Below are positions 26,565 through 41,951 of a DNA stretch of 64,000 bases, piece by piece (the first letter of the stretch is position 1; every line of letters starts with the position of its first letter). The stretch is from the human T2T-CHM13v2.0 reference genome, Homo sapiens, in the NCBI RefSeq assembly GCF_009914755.1, contig NC_060929.1. One strand, given 5' to 3'. The translations under genes and the position numbers were made by a program. The notes beneath the pieces are model-generated. The model searched no databases. It was not told where the DNA came from and saw nothing but the letters and a program-made list of their open reading frames with translations.

Positions 26565-27099
26565 TAAAACAACGTTTAAGGTTCATCTAGATTGGGGTGT
26601 GTGTTAGGGGAATGGGATAAGAGAAAATAATCTCAACAATCCTAAAATCATTCTATTGTTAAAATTAATTTTCCTTTTCAGAGTAGTCTCATGCACATTA
26701 TCTTATTTCAGATGCCCAACACCCAGATGTGGCAGGTAGGGAAGTTTCATAATAACCTCATATAACAGATAGGAAAACCAAGATGGGAACATGTGAAAGG
26801 AAATGAGGGAGGTCAGGGAATGACTGACAACAACCACGTCAGGGAGAAAGCTCTGACTCCGGGGCCTTCTCCTCCCCCTCAGTACATGAAAAATGTCACA
26901 ACTTTCTCCCCCAGAAATAGAAGTTATCCCAAACATTCTCTACAAATGTTACTTCAGAAGCCAGCAAATAAAATGACTTTCAGGAACCACAGCGTGGCAA
27001 ATAGATGGACAGGAAGAAACAGTGTCAAGTCACTGTTAGCACAAAATTGCATCTCTACATTGGCATGGAGCTGGTAATTGACAGACAGTATAGCAGGAG

Positions 27100-27190
27100 T
27101 TACTCTTCAGCTCTGTCATCTGCAAAATGGGAATGGTAGTACTTACCCCGCTCGCCTCACCAGGCTGCTGTGACAACTGACTGTGATAAC
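27100..27190 (+). mobile_element. MIR core fragment
   Basis: ctgtcatctgcaaaatgggaatggtagtacttacc...caggctgctgtga. Confidence 0.6.
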
Positions 27191-27829
27191 AAGAAAAAAC
27201 CTCCATCTTCATCCCCAGAGCTTGATATCAAAACAACTAAGCCAGAAAGAAGACCTTTGGTCCTTACCTGATGGGACACTCATTATAACAGGAGAAATAA
27301 TAATGTCTTTTACAAAGCTACAGACACAGCTTATTTGTGATAAGAAAACAGTTTTGTTTTTTAGTTTTTTTTATTGGCATTAATTTACTCAGAATATCTA
27401 CTAAGTGCACTAATAACTTCATAATATTAAAAAAGGTAAAATTCAGAATTGAATAAAAATGGAAGGGTGAAATGTGCTTGATCACTCAGTTAAACCATGA
27501 CAGTCTTATATGTGTACTGTGAGTTTAAAGCAATAGTCTCAAAAGCATGAAACCACCTAGCTAACTTCCATACACCTCTATTTTTGGTTGTATTGAGTTT
27601 GTTAATTTTCTCTCTGGATTTTTTCACAGCTAGAATGGTCTTCCTAAACACAACAACAAAAACTACTTGAAAAATAATGTTTAACATTTCTCTCAGTGAT
27701 ATCATTATGGTCAAACTATTGCAAATGAAATTTAATATTTTAATTATATAATAAGCACTGATTTAGGTATGGGGTTATATTATTATAAGCAATAAATTGT
27801 GACTGATAGGTATATAGATAATATGTTCT

Positions 27830-28063
27830 AGGCCTTTCAAACTTTGTATCATGACCCATGAGTGGTTAGAAGCTTTATTTGTATAGAATACGACTGAATA
27901 AATACATCAGAGTTACTTACATATTATGAAGAAAGTATTACTTTCATGAAACTTTTGTTTCAATTATGTATATATGTTTGTGTACATGTATTTGCTTGGC
28001 CATTTACAAAACTAATTTCTTACTATGGGTCATTGTAAAAAAATAACTGTTTAAGAAACACTA
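27830..28063. mobile_element. hAT-Charlie-like MITE relic (subfamily uncertain)
   Basis: Degenerate termini ctttcaaactttgtatcatgacccat ... atgggtcattgtaaaaaaa...gtttaagaaacact. Confidence 0.4.
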
Positions 28064-28394
28064 TTTAGGGTATACATTTCACAGGTTGTTTTTCTTTTAA
28101 GATTGTTCCGAGTTTATTTCCATTTTCTCAGTAATTAAATTAGCCAGCTAATTTCAATATTGGTAGATAAATGGTTGCTATGATTTGAAAAACTAGTTTG
28201 AAACATTGGGATGTTAGAATTAATGGTGTCTTTCAAATCATTGAGTCCAGTGTACTCTGTTCACAGGTAACAGAGGTCCTGAGTAGTGAAGTCCCCCCTA
28301 CCCAAGGTTTGTTAATGTCTGTACTAGATTCAATTTATGCACCAGGTCAGGTAAACTCTAGCTGCCACCGTAGCCCAAAAAAACCAACTAGATA

Positions 28395-28835
28395 AGTATA
28401 GCTCACCATGCCTGCACACTGTCCAAACTGGATTCTCAGAGGATCTGGCTTTCCCAGAAGCTGCCTGGACACTCCAGGCAGCACAATCTGGAAATGCATG
28501 GGATTTTGACCATTGAGAGACAGGAAAAGGCATGGAGGCAACAGATGGATTGCTTGCCTTCCTTCTCTGCACCAAGGCAGAGTGGTTCTGAAATGCAACC
28601 TTTTTGGTGCCATTCCACATGATCAAGTGACCACTTTTGTTTTGTGCTGAAGCTATGGCTGTTTTAGTAACACACCACCTTGTATTGCTCTCCTATCTTT
28701 CTTGCTTCAATTCATTTTTCTCCTCATTCTTGCTTCCCTGGAACTGCATGGCCAACCCCCTTCCCTCCACAACAAAGTATTAGTATACAAGCCATTGATT
28801 CATGCTGTGCTTTCTAGGGAGCCTAGGCTAAGACA
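28395..28835 (+). mobile_element. ERVL LTR (LTR33/LTR16-like)
   Basis: Ends with tgctttctagggagcctaggctaagaCA, typical of the LTR33/LTR16 3' end; 5' boundary approximate. Confidence 0.6.
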
Positions 28836-29051
28836 GCATCCTACATACAAATGCAAATTCCACTGTGTATTAACAACTTACATAATGAGAAAATAGAGGT
28901 TTCAGGTATTATCTATACATGTCATTGCCTTATGTACTTTAATCTCAAGAACATTTTTAGGTTGAGTGCAAATTTTCTATCTTTTGGTCTTAAACAAGGG
29001 TTAGGATTTATTACAGATATCTTACCCATGCTCTAGCTTCGTTAAGCTAGT

Positions 29052-29456
29052 TGGAATAGTCAGGATAGGCTAGATTATGAAGCAGTAACGACCAACTTCC
29101 AAATTTCAGTGGCCTAAAATAATAAAGATTTATTTCTTGCTCACACTGTACATCCACTGTAAGTCAGCAAGGGGCTCTGCTCATTGTAGTAACTCAGGGA
29201 CTAGGGTTGACAGACAACTGCTATCTTGAAAGTTGTACATGGTCATGCCAGAGAGGGAGAAGGAATGGTGAAGCACATACTGCTTCTTAAAGCTCCTGCC
29301 TAGAAGTGACATGGGTCACCTTCACTCACATTTGGTTGACCACAGCTAATCACATAGCCACGCCAAATTTCAAGTGGGTGGGGGAGTGTAATTCAACTAT
29401 ACACCTGGCAGGTAAGAGAAACAAAACCTCTGTAAAAAGTCCAAAGAGCTACCACA
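29052..29456 (-). mobile_element. MaLR LTR (MLT1K/L-like)
   Basis: agtcaggataggctagattatg...atttcagtggcctaaaataataaagatttatttcttgctcacact...ctaccaca. Confidence 0.8.
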
Positions 29457-29614
29457 AATAGTATTTGGGGTAAGTTATCTCCACTACAGAAACATTTTGC
29501 TCTTGATGTCTAATCCATGGATTGGCTGTGATTTCAAATGGCCTGCAGAAAATATTGAAAAATTTGGAAATTTATTTTAAAGGCCAAATGAACATACCAA
29601 ATTTAACACAGGCA

Positions 29615-29850
29615 TCAAGGCAGAGTGAGAAGAAGGACAGAGTGGGAGATCTGGGCTCAAAGCCTGGTTATACTGCTTACTAGTGTCATGGCCTCAGGTA
29701 ATCTCTTAATGACTCCCAGTCTGGTTCCCACACCTATAAAAGGGGAAGCAACAATTCCCACCTAGTAGGTTTTGTGTAAGGATGAGAAATAATGGGTGAT
29801 ACTGTTTCATGCTGTGACTGGCATACAGTAGGCACCTGATAAAAGGCAGC
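29615..29850 (+). mobile_element. MIR SINE
   Basis: gatctgggctcaaagcctggttatactgcttactag...ggcatacagtaggcacctgataaa. Confidence 0.75.
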
Positions 29851-30139
29851 TGGTACTGATGGGTGTTTACCTGGGACATTGCCTCTCCTGTAAAGAAGTA
29901 TCCAAGTATATCATTATTTCTTTTTGCCATATTTGTATACTTTACTAGTATAGATGCACTACTTTGTAAAGATAATTTTTTGAATTAAATTTGCAATAAA
30001 TCAAAGCTGTAGAAGATGACAGATTTAGAACTCACTAAAAATGCCCTTTAACGAAGATGTTTTTTAAAGTTCTAGACTCAGGTTCAAAAAATGTCAACTA
30101 CACAAGAGTCAAAAGAGGGATAAGTCTCTAACTTACCTA

Positions 30140-30570
30140 AAGTTCATGTGAATTAATCTGAGGGATTCTGGTTAACTGTAAGCTCACCCTGGATCAGTGA
30201 CACACAGCTGCCTCTCAAGCCCTAGGTAGACTTAGCTACTTTAATTAACACCTAGAATCCAGATGAAGGGGTGTAACCAATGCTGTACATTTTAACTCGT
30301 ATAGCCAGACCACGTACTTACTGCAGTGCTCAGGGTGCCACCTTCTAAACCTCTACTGACAAATGAAAGGGGCAGGCAGGACGGTGAGGCTGCCGAAGGC
30401 AGGACAGATGAGGAATGCCTAAAAAAACTGGAGACATTTAGGCTGGAAGAGACTGTTTCAGGAAACGTGATACCTATCCTCCAATACCTGAAGGGCTGTC
30501 ATGCAGAATAGATCTTTCTCTGTGCCACCCTAGAGAACAGGAGGAGGACGAAGAGGTAAGAATTAGCCCT
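30140..30570 (+). mobile_element. L3/CR1 LINE ORF2 3' fragment
   Basis: Translation DEECLKKLETFRLEE...IPILQYLKGCHAE resembles the CR1 ORF2 C-terminal motif [32 protein letters not shown]. Confidence 0.8.
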
Positions 30571-33500
30571 TGACTACTGGTGAGCTCATGGCCAAGCAGA
30601 AGCTGGCTGCTGACCTCTGGGAATACACCAGTGATTTGGATTTCTAATGTGTTTTATTCCCCAACCTTACAAATCTATCAGCGTTTGGGTGTGCAGTACT
30701 TGTTCTAAATAGGCATTCTCTCCTTGCCTTTTCAATAAAGACATTATAGAAATACTAACGTAATGTGCAGGAATTCATTTACACTGCTTATGCTACAGAA
30801 ATCTTGATTTAGTAGATATCCCTTCAGGTTACAATTTCTGCTGCTGGCTGCAATATAATAAAGATGCTGACAGTTGTGAATTACTGAGTTCTACAAATTA
30901 TCAACTGCAATGGTAAATAGGAGAGAAATAAAAGGTAAAGTAGGTGGCTAGGTCACCAGGGGTGATGCCTGCCTTTCTGAATAATGTAAGACCTCCTGAA
31001 AATGATGGCAAATAGATGCCCCTTTCTGAGGAATAAGAGAAAGTATATTGGGCTCTAAGTTTCAGGACATAGAGGTTAATGGAAAATGGGAACGGCTTTG
31101 TTTTATGAGCCCCACTGAAGATGGATGACTGGGGAGATGGGCAGGAGGAATTATTTCTTATCTAGAAGAAACTGGGGTTAAGAGATGAGGCAATGGCGTG
31201 TGAACGCTGCATGAGACAATTATTAGTGGAGAGCTTTGACTAAAGGTGAATGGCCTGCTGGGAGATGGGAGACATCTGATAGGTAAAGTCAGTCTGGCCC
31301 TGGGGCCATGACCTCATTAATAGTTAAACAACAGCACTGAAAATTAATGACCCACACCTGACTGCCCAGTGAAACTGCACTCCTCTTCACAACTGTCCAG
31401 AAATCCTCACACACATTCCAGCAGGGAGTCTGGCTGCCAGTGGTTACAGCAATCCCTCTAGGAATTAGCCGGGTTAAATGAGTAGTGGCAAGACAGATGA
31501 AGAAATAGACTTTATCCGGCCTCCACGGTCCAATGTGGGACGGAAGAAGCATGGAATTTCTAAGAAGTACAGACTGGCCATATTGAAGGTATTTAGAAAG
31601 GAAAGACCATGAACTGGTCCTCTACCACAATTGGACATGTGGACCGAATCTGAGTGAGGAAGGCTGGGCACCAGAGTGACCTCTACCCCACCTGCCATAT
31701 GGCTGTCTGACAAAAGCGATTCGTCAAGCATCCTGGTTGCCAAATATGCTGGCTTTAAAATGCCATGTGAAGCAGAGAATATTTTAAAAGAACAGTCTAA
31801 ACAACCTCATAATTTTAAGTATGAATACTTTACGCCAGACACAAGATTACCTAAGGTGTTCACACCACTGTTAAGGTCTGAGGAAACAAAGACTATTCCC
31901 CCGGGTCTCCAGGTTGTCTGCTTTGTGCACAGATTTTTGAAAATAGAGTACAATAAATTCCATGCACCACAGCTCACGGCAGCTAAAGACGGAGCTCCTG
32001 AGATGTACCTTTTTTATTTATTGGCGTTGGAGAAGGGAGGTGGTAATGTTTCCTGTATTGGATGCCTTATACTTTGCAGACCTTTGGGGACTCATCTCTG
32101 CTGAATTCTTTAACAGCTGAGATGACAGGGATGTCCATTACCCAAATGGACAGCACTTTCTATTGATCAGGGCTCCACTTAGCGATCTCATTTGTCATCC
32201 TATTGTCTCTCACCTTCACTGCTCTCGATATGAAGCGGGGGGATCTTTTTTTCAGGTGTGAGAGAGTTAATCTACATTCCAAGCACAACTGAGCAATTAA
32301 AACATGTAATGAGAAGAACACTTTAGTGCTTCACCTATAGAGAAGTCTGAATTGGGCTTCTTTCTATCTCCCCCATACAGGCCACAAGAAGCTAAAGAGG
32401 TAATCCACTCCTGAAAAAGCCCAGAAGAATAACTATAATACTTTTCAAACCTTAGCTGTGTCAAGTGCTTGCTTTGCTTCCATTTCTGCTTTCAGAAACT
32501 CATTTTAAAAGATAAAAAAGAATATTACAGGAAGAAAGCCCAAATCCCAACAAAACAAAGGAAGGTCTACCTAATCTTGCCAGTTAATCATTTGGGAAAA
32601 GTCCTGCTCTGCATCTAATTAGATCATTAGATCCATGCAGTTAAACATCCATCAAGAATTCTCCTATAAAAGGTATGTTTTATGTAGTTCCCATATACGG
32701 ATTAAATTGGGCATGTGGAAAGCAATGTTGATCCATTTAATGGACTCCCCCAAAATATATATCAGCATCTTTGTCACGGAGCTAGACGGCTTCTTTATCC
32801 TTTCACCAAAATGCAGTAACAAAAATAATTAAACATCTCTCAGACCTGAACTGCACAGTCATTAGACAATAGTCAATGACTGGAACTGCCGTGAGAGCCT
32901 GAACCACACTTTACCTTGGCTCTTCTAGCCATTTCTATTCGGAAAGCTTTCCATATCTGGATTTCCCCTGAGAACTATTTTATGATGCTATAAAGACTGT
33001 TAACCAGAGGCAGGATCTCCCCAGCACCTGAGCCACACACAGAAATATCAAATAACATTTAATTGCTGGATGACACTGTGTGTCTGAGCTTGAATTCTGA
33101 TCTCCAAATATTATCCATGCAACTGTCTGCAGAGATAAGGTTGTTATGATAACAGCAGATAAAACCAATTAAACCTAAGAGCAGCAAACACTTCAAGATC
33201 TTGACTTTCACCGTAAATAGAGTTTGAGGATGTATAAACTATAAGGGGTCTGATACTATCTTCCTTCTGTAAGGAACATTACTTGAGGCTTCTTTCCTTT
33301 TGTGTATATGGGGGACTGCTTCCATGTAAACACATGAGCTAAGAGAAAGCAACACATGCAAACTGCATGAGCTAGTAATTAGTTTTATGTCTAGTCCTGG
33401 AAAGCAAATGACAATAAAGAATGTAAATCTAGGTCATCTTTAAATACATAATACTAGTTGTGGTTGCAATAATAGACTCAAACATGCTATTCTAAATACA

Positions 33501-35284
33501 CTCAGCACAATTTTTCCGTTTTCACATTTCAGAGGCTTTTCTTCTTTTTAGCTGACAACATTCTACTAGTGTCTCTAGCTGTTTGTACACATATTATGTC
33601 TGCTTTGTGATATGTTTTGCAGCTCCAAAGCCAAAACACCAGGCAGAAGTGCCAAACCTTAACCTCAAGTTACTTCTGGTAGACCACATATAAGGAGAAC
33701 AGCACTGAATTGGGGTGAAATGAACAGTGTATGTGAGCTCCCCAGAAAGCTTATCAAAATCTGACAGCTAAACAGGATACTAGCAAATTTATCAGCCAAA
33801 TGATGTTCTAAAGGAAAACAAAATTGATACAAAGGAAAATAGTATATCTTCAAAGGGAGCCTGATTCTATAAAGCCTGAATTTCTTTCATGAAAAATAAA
33901 TAAATAAAAGCATAATGAAAGTTTGCCATGAAGGAAAATATTCCATTTTCTTTTTAAAAGTGACTTTCTATATTTTTGGTGTGAAAAATATGATGTACCT
34001 TCCTCCACGTATGCCTTTTTGATGAAAAGTGGAAAAAAGTCTTAGTAGCTATTTCATTTAGCTATGTCTCACACCTGGGGTATAAATAGAGTATAATAAC
34101 CTGTATTGTAAAGAGAGGAGGGTAATGGCAGAGTGGCATTCAACAGCGGTGGGTACCTAGGTAGGTAGACAGAGGACTGCAGACTTAGAAAGGAAAAATA
34201 AATGTCACATACACTAGGTGAACAATGACTGTTTGTAGATTTGGGAGAAAAGAGGTTGGAGGCCTAATGACCCCCACCTAACAAATAATACAGTATGTGG
34301 TTTAAAAAGTAGGCAATTTGCCAGTAGTAGCAGATGATAAATAATACTGAAGAACTTCCAAATAATCTTCCTCCAATATATGGGCCTGATTACACCTTTA
34401 CTAAGACTATGATGATCTAAAGAACAATGCAGAAAAACATAGAGTCAAAAATAAAACAAAAATTTTCAAAGAATGGAAAATAAAACTGATAAGATTAATC
34501 AAATGATAAAGTTTGAAAAGAAAAATATATTTACCTTTATTATATGACATTATTTTTATAGAAAACAGAAACTATATATTCTTAAATTTAAAATGGAATA
34601 TAGAGCCCTCTAACTGCAGCATAAATAATTTTTATTAACTATAAGAAGTTTCTAGATTTAGAAAAGTCAAAGGCAAATAATGTAGTGTCTGGTTCATTTT
34701 CTTACTCGATGACAGTTTTTTCTCGAGGTCGTTATGGGCAAAATTAATTTTAATTAATGTTAGTCATGAAGATCATCACTATCATTACTCCCAGTTAATA
34801 TTGATGGAACATCAATACTGTGTGCAGGGTTTAGAGGAAATACTAACATGGTTTGTTTTATAAATAGCCAGAATTCCTCACTCATTGTCTAGTCTACACT
34901 TGTCTATCTGGAAAGCTCATTCTTCCCTTACCCTTTTAAGGCACAGTGCACCCTCTCTTCCCTGCTGATTCCCTGGAATCCTCTATATCCCTCTCCCCAC
35001 TAGCCAAGCACTCATCAGTGGCAGGAACCACTGCTTGAGCCAGTTTGCATACTTTTATCACCACGTACCTGACTGATATGAGGGAGGCATTCACTGAACT
35101 TCTAATAAGACTCAGATGACACCATACAATTACTCCTTGTTCTATTTCTTTTCAACATTCTCACTGCCAGAGAAGCAGCTAAGTTTAATAATAAGACATT
35201 AAATGGTGGCACATGGAAATCTTCAAATAATCTGCTTGTTTCATACCATTCACCTGTAGCAACAGGCCGACCCTCTACACAGAG

Positions 35285-35382
35285 AAGAAATCCTAATTTA
35301 ATAGGGACAGAGCCCAGGCATCTGATATTTTTTCTTTAGCAACTCAGGTGATTAACATATAACTAGGGCAGAAAATTACTGA
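35285..35382. mobile_element. MER5A-like hAT MITE fragment
   Basis: gagcccaggcatctgatatttttctttagcaactcaggtgatt...gcagaaaattactg. Confidence 0.5.
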
Positions 35383-35805
35383 CATAAAGAATTAAAACTT
35401 CTTTCAAATCCTTCATTTCCTACCATAAGTCACTCAACTGTATCTTTATACTACTGGTGGTCACATACATTGTTATTAGAATTATTCTATACTTTTGTTT
35501 CTTATATTGCATGCCTAGCACACATAGGATACTGTTTATAATCTTATTTCTAAAGGATGGTCAACATACCACCCTTAAAATAAAGATTGATGAATTCTAT
35601 GTCCAAATTCTTAAGGCAGAAGGTATTTATTTAAAATATATCAAACAGGAGCTCAAAGTCTTGCAATCAGCCTGCCAACATGGCAATCAAAAAATATGTT
35701 TTGGCACTGACAATAATTCAAAACACAATTTACAGTTTGGAGACACAGGGAACACACGGCACCCTCAGGAAACTTATACTCAATAGGATAAGAAGTAGAT
35801 TTTTC

Positions 35806-36132
<327 letters not shown>

Positions 36133-36190
36133 TTAGCAACAACAATTTCTTTCATTAGTATATTGGTTTATAAGCTAAAAACATTTGTCT

Positions 36191-36595
<405 letters not shown>

Positions 36596-36604
36596 ACACT
36601 TGTC

Positions 36605-36770
36605 CATTCATAATCTTATTTAATCTTCAGGATGATTCCATGAGAGATCATGAACATTTTACTGATGACAAAAGTAAGGTTCAAAAAGGTAGAGTGCTTT
36701 TTTTAGCTCACACAGTTATTAGGTAACAGAGCCATGCAAACCAAATTTCTGAATGTTTTACCCTACATCC
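36605..36770 (-). mobile_element. MIR SINE
   Basis: atcttatttaatcttcag...cattttactgatgacaaaagtaaggttcaaaaagg...ctcacacagttattagg. Confidence 0.65.
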
Positions 36771-36829
36771 AGGGACAAACATCACGCTAATTACTGTGCA
36801 GTATTCAAAAGAATTAAACTATGGTCGTG

Positions 36830-37100
36830 AGACCTCAGAGGAGGTTGTAAGCTAGTTATGGAAAGAAGCCAGATACACACAAATGATTAGCACATAATAC
36901 ACTGGAGTATTGGCAAATATTAAATGATGGAGGTGAGTCAGCTGTCCTCCAGGGCTGAAGAAAAGGGGTATATTGAGATTAGAATGGTGGGGAAGGCTAT
37001 TTTATAGGGTGGACCTTCGACTGAGTCTTAAAAGATTGATAAAGCCATTAAGCAGGAAGAGGGGAAGCAGAAGCTCGATGTATAATGTGTCTTGTTATAG
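36830..37100 (-). mobile_element. L2 LINE fragment
   Basis: ggggaaggctattttatagggtggaccttcgactgagtcttaaaagattgataaagccattaagcagg. Confidence 0.55.
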
Positions 37101-38412
37101 TCAGTCTGGAAATGTCAGGCTAAGAATAATTCCACAAAGGGTGCATCTCCAATTTTCATTTAGTACGTAGTTTGAGGCCAAGAGGAGTTCACTACAGCTG
37201 AGTTTACTCAACATAGGGAAGCACCTGGATTCTTCTCTCAGATTTGTCCATCCAAATTCATTTTCTTATAGGAAAAATAACAATTTAATTACTGAGGTAC
37301 TTACTGATGTTTACTGAGTACTTACTGAGCCTCTATTATGTGCAAAGTACTATGCTTGCCATTCTGACAAGTACAAAGCACTGTTTATGCTCTTGAATCT
37401 CACTGGGCACAGACACAAAAATTTAGATGCCCAAATTGAATATTCCATTACTGAGGAACATAAGAATGGTCTGAGCAGTAAGTACAATGAATGTACAGAC
37501 AGGAAGTGGGATTTAGATGAGCTGGATACTGACATGGTAGTCTTGGCCACTTAATAGCACAAGCAAAGCTGACAAGGGGGGATGAGTAAAATGTATTCAG
37601 TAAACTCATCTGACAGTTTGTGTAGTATCTACTCTGTGGTAGGGTGGTGTAAGCCATTGGAGATACAAATTTCACCAGGAATGTAGAGCAGGCATAGAAG
37701 ATTCAAGAAGAGATAAAGTGGTTACTCCACGCTATGTTCGTAATTTTGTATTCCATTTGTAAAGTCCGAATTCAGCTGCAATGATGTCATGTGAACATCT
37801 GGGTCCTGGGTGTAGGGGTTGGAGGAGAATGTGTACCTTTCTAAGCAGTGGTTCCTTTGAGGCATTCAGCTTTTCTCTTTTGTCAAGGCTGCCTTGCTTT
37901 GATATGGTTTCTGTATTTCCGGCTTATACAATTAACAACTGCACACATGGGAACAAAAGCGACTGTCACAACATTCACAGCTTGTGAGGCATAAGACACA
38001 GAGTATGCACTGGTACACTAATGAAAAGGCAGACTTTAAAATCCCATTCATACCCCAGAAAGTTCACAGCACACTGACATGTCCTTGGGAGCTGCCTGGA
38101 AACACTGGGTTCTTTGAATGTGGTCCTGATCATTTTCTCAGAAAGATAATCATGCCCTACATGCCTGGACTATTTAAGGCCACATGTGCTAATTTAATTT
38201 ACGATGCTAAAAAGAGCTGCACCATTTGCGAAGGCAGTGGAATGCAAAGGGCTGCTCCGAGCCCTGTACACACAAGGGATCCCCCTGATCCTCTGACACT
38301 GGGAAAGAGAGAGCAATGGAAAATACTAGCTGTGGCATGGCTGTGGGTAATAGTGCTTAATCCATGACCACTACAAGCATGGAGATATGCTTGGAAGGGA
38401 AGTGAGATTTAA

Positions 38413-38743
<331 letters not shown>

Positions 38744-39559
38744 GGAAAACTCTTAAATGGATACAAACCAGTCAGCATACCATTGGTGACTCTATGGTTA
38801 TTTAACTCTATGGTTAATTAAAAGGAGAAAGTAGGAGAGGGAAATCATGGAAAGAATCATTCACGCCACAGCTAGAGGTCAGAACAGGCTTTCGAATGTG
38901 GCTTTTGAAGTCACACCTTAGCTGGTGGCTTCCTGCCTCAAACTACATGTAGGGATCCATAAGGTGCAACATCTGCCTTTCACACAGAAATGCTCATCAG
39001 CTTTTCCTTAGCCATGGACTATTTGTTCTAAAGGATTCTAAGAGGGTGAAGGAATGCTAACTCCTTAGACAGATGATCTGACAGATGGACTCAAGGGAGG
39101 CAAGGCTCTATCCTGGGGGTGAAGAGGGGGAGGGGGCAAGAGTCAAAAAGCAAACAAGGAAAACACAAAGGGCATAACATTCTCAAGCTTTATGAACATA
39201 CATAATTATGCCCATAACTAAAATACATAGTCAAGACAGAGGAAGCACAAAATAGTTATTCTAATGTATAATCTAAAACCAGATTGAGAATGCATGACAA
39301 AACCTGTTTATATAAGTTTGCTAAGGCTGTAAAAGAATACAATATAAAAAGAATCCCATTTATTCTTGCACATATTTAAAAAAGGAAAAAAGTCTCATTG
39401 AAATGAAAATTATGTCACCGAACAAAAGCTGATTATCTGCTAACTTTCTGCCCTAATTTTATGAAAACAGTATGGCAAAAAATATGAGCAGATTGAAGAA
39501 ATAATGTAATTGTATAATACATATGAAAATGCTCCCCCAATCAATGAGGTAATCAAAGA

Positions 39560-40113
<554 letters not shown>

Positions 40114-40129
40114 AGAAAAAAATTAACTT

Positions 40130-40400
40130 TTATAAAGATTTCAATGGGATGTAAAAGTAATTATAAGTGATGAAAATTAATTATTAATATAATTACATAA
40201 TTATATTCACGGTATGATTATAGCAAGGTAGAAAAATCAAACAACAAATGAAAACTTTCATAAGTATACAGACAAAATACTGAAAGTTAATTTATCAGAA
40301 TGCCAATAGCAATTATCTATGTGTTCTTATTTTACTTTTAACTCATTAGAATTTTACAAATATGTTACACATGATAAATGTTATAATCAGAAAAATGTAA
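40130..40400 (+). mobile_element. Old L1 (L1ME-like) 3' UTR fragment
   Basis: Degenerate A-rich L1ME-type end: atcagaatgccaatagcaattatct...aattttacaaatatgttacacatg...ttataatcagaaaaa. Confidence 0.45.
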
Positions 40401-41951
40401 TCGAAGCCTAACTCTAGCAATAGCAATAAAAATCACCACAAAGTTACTTCATGAATTATTTAGGAAGAAATAACATAAAATAAATTAGATTAGCACTGAT
40501 ATAGTCAGTTTTCTCTAGTATAACATTGACCTGAAACTTGTGTTGGTTACAGATTGCACTGAAAGAGCCAGGTGGTTTTGTCTAGCAGGCAACTTCTGTG
40601 TATGCACACACACAAATCCCAGATTGGGACAGACACACCTCAACTTCAAGCTCAGTAAACTGAAATGAGGAAAAAAAATTTCTTTTGAAGTAGCCCAAAG
40701 CTTAACTTATAGATTTTATACTTGATAAGAGGATAGGGAAGAAATTAGAGCCATCCTTTGGGAACTTGACTCAGTCACATGTGGGAAATTTTCCTGGTTG
40801 ATCTGTAGAAATAGGCCAGCCACCATTTTAATTATTCTCTCTGTTCTACTATCTTTAAACATCTAAATTATTTTTGTATTGTAAATGTTTGGCAAACAGA
40901 CTACAGTTTTATTTTTATATCTGTGTTGTTGAAGAATAAAAGTGAACATCCTTCAAAGTCACAAGTTCTGAAGCAAATGATATAGAAAAAAAATTTAACA
41001 CTGAAAATTCTGAAAAATCAACTTTCCCAAAACAAATCACGACATTTTGTTAAGATCTGATTATATTTAACTCTTCTATTTCCCATATGCTGAAAGAGTT
41101 CATATGAGACAATGGGGCCACACTTTCAGGGGGAAAATAATATGTCTTCTTAAGTCTTTCTAATTTTAAAGTTCTCAGGATCATAATATTGTTTAAAAAA
41201 AGTCAAAATCTTGAAAAATAAGAAACAAGAGCCTCCTGCTTCCCAAGCTGTACTGAAAGGAAACTGTCAAAGAATAAAAAGTCAACTCTGCTAAGAGTTC
41301 CATTTCTCTGGTCCTATAGGCACAGTGAGAATTTCCTGTGGAAAAGACAAGTACAGCTGGTGTCCAATTAGTAAAAGATGGTGATGAAAGGATATAGTTA
41401 TTCAGGGTCTGTTCTTTGAAAATGATAATGACCTCTGATTTCTAAGTTCCATAAGTAGAGTCTGCCGCCTGCATGCAGGCTGCTCATAAACTTCCCACTT
41501 TCCTTTTTCTGTCTGTGTTGTTGTGGTATAAGGGGGGGGTGCGGGGAGGGGGTAGGTGCTGGAGGTACAGAAGGTCATGCCTTCTCTGCCGGCAAATATG
41601 ATTAATGTGTGTACAGGGAGGAGAAAAACGCCACTCACCTGGCTATCAGCCAGCCTGACTCATGCCTCTGGGCATCTTAGAACACCAAATATCCAGCAAC
41701 TCTGGCTGGGGTCTAGAGAGATGTCTATTAGCTTTCACAATGTCTGGGTTAGGAAGGTGCTTCTAATCTTGTTTGTAATAAATATTAGTTCAATTGTTAG
41801 AAGTGTTTTTAATCACCTAAAAGGAAGTAAACAGGCTTGCCTCACAACCTCGACAGGCAGTGTATGTGTGACTTGTTCTTTCTATCCGGAATCACTCGGT
41901 TCAAATGCTCAGAGGGAAGAAAGATGGTCATAAAATAAAAGTGTTATATTA

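Noticed and set aside
31676-32104. 142-aa + strand ORF
   Set aside because: GTG start, no homology I recognise; this length occurs by chance in 64 kb
37288-37330. Four short TTACTGA repeats
   Set aside because: Degenerate slippage at an L2/MIR end; too short and irregular for a CRISPR-like or functional array
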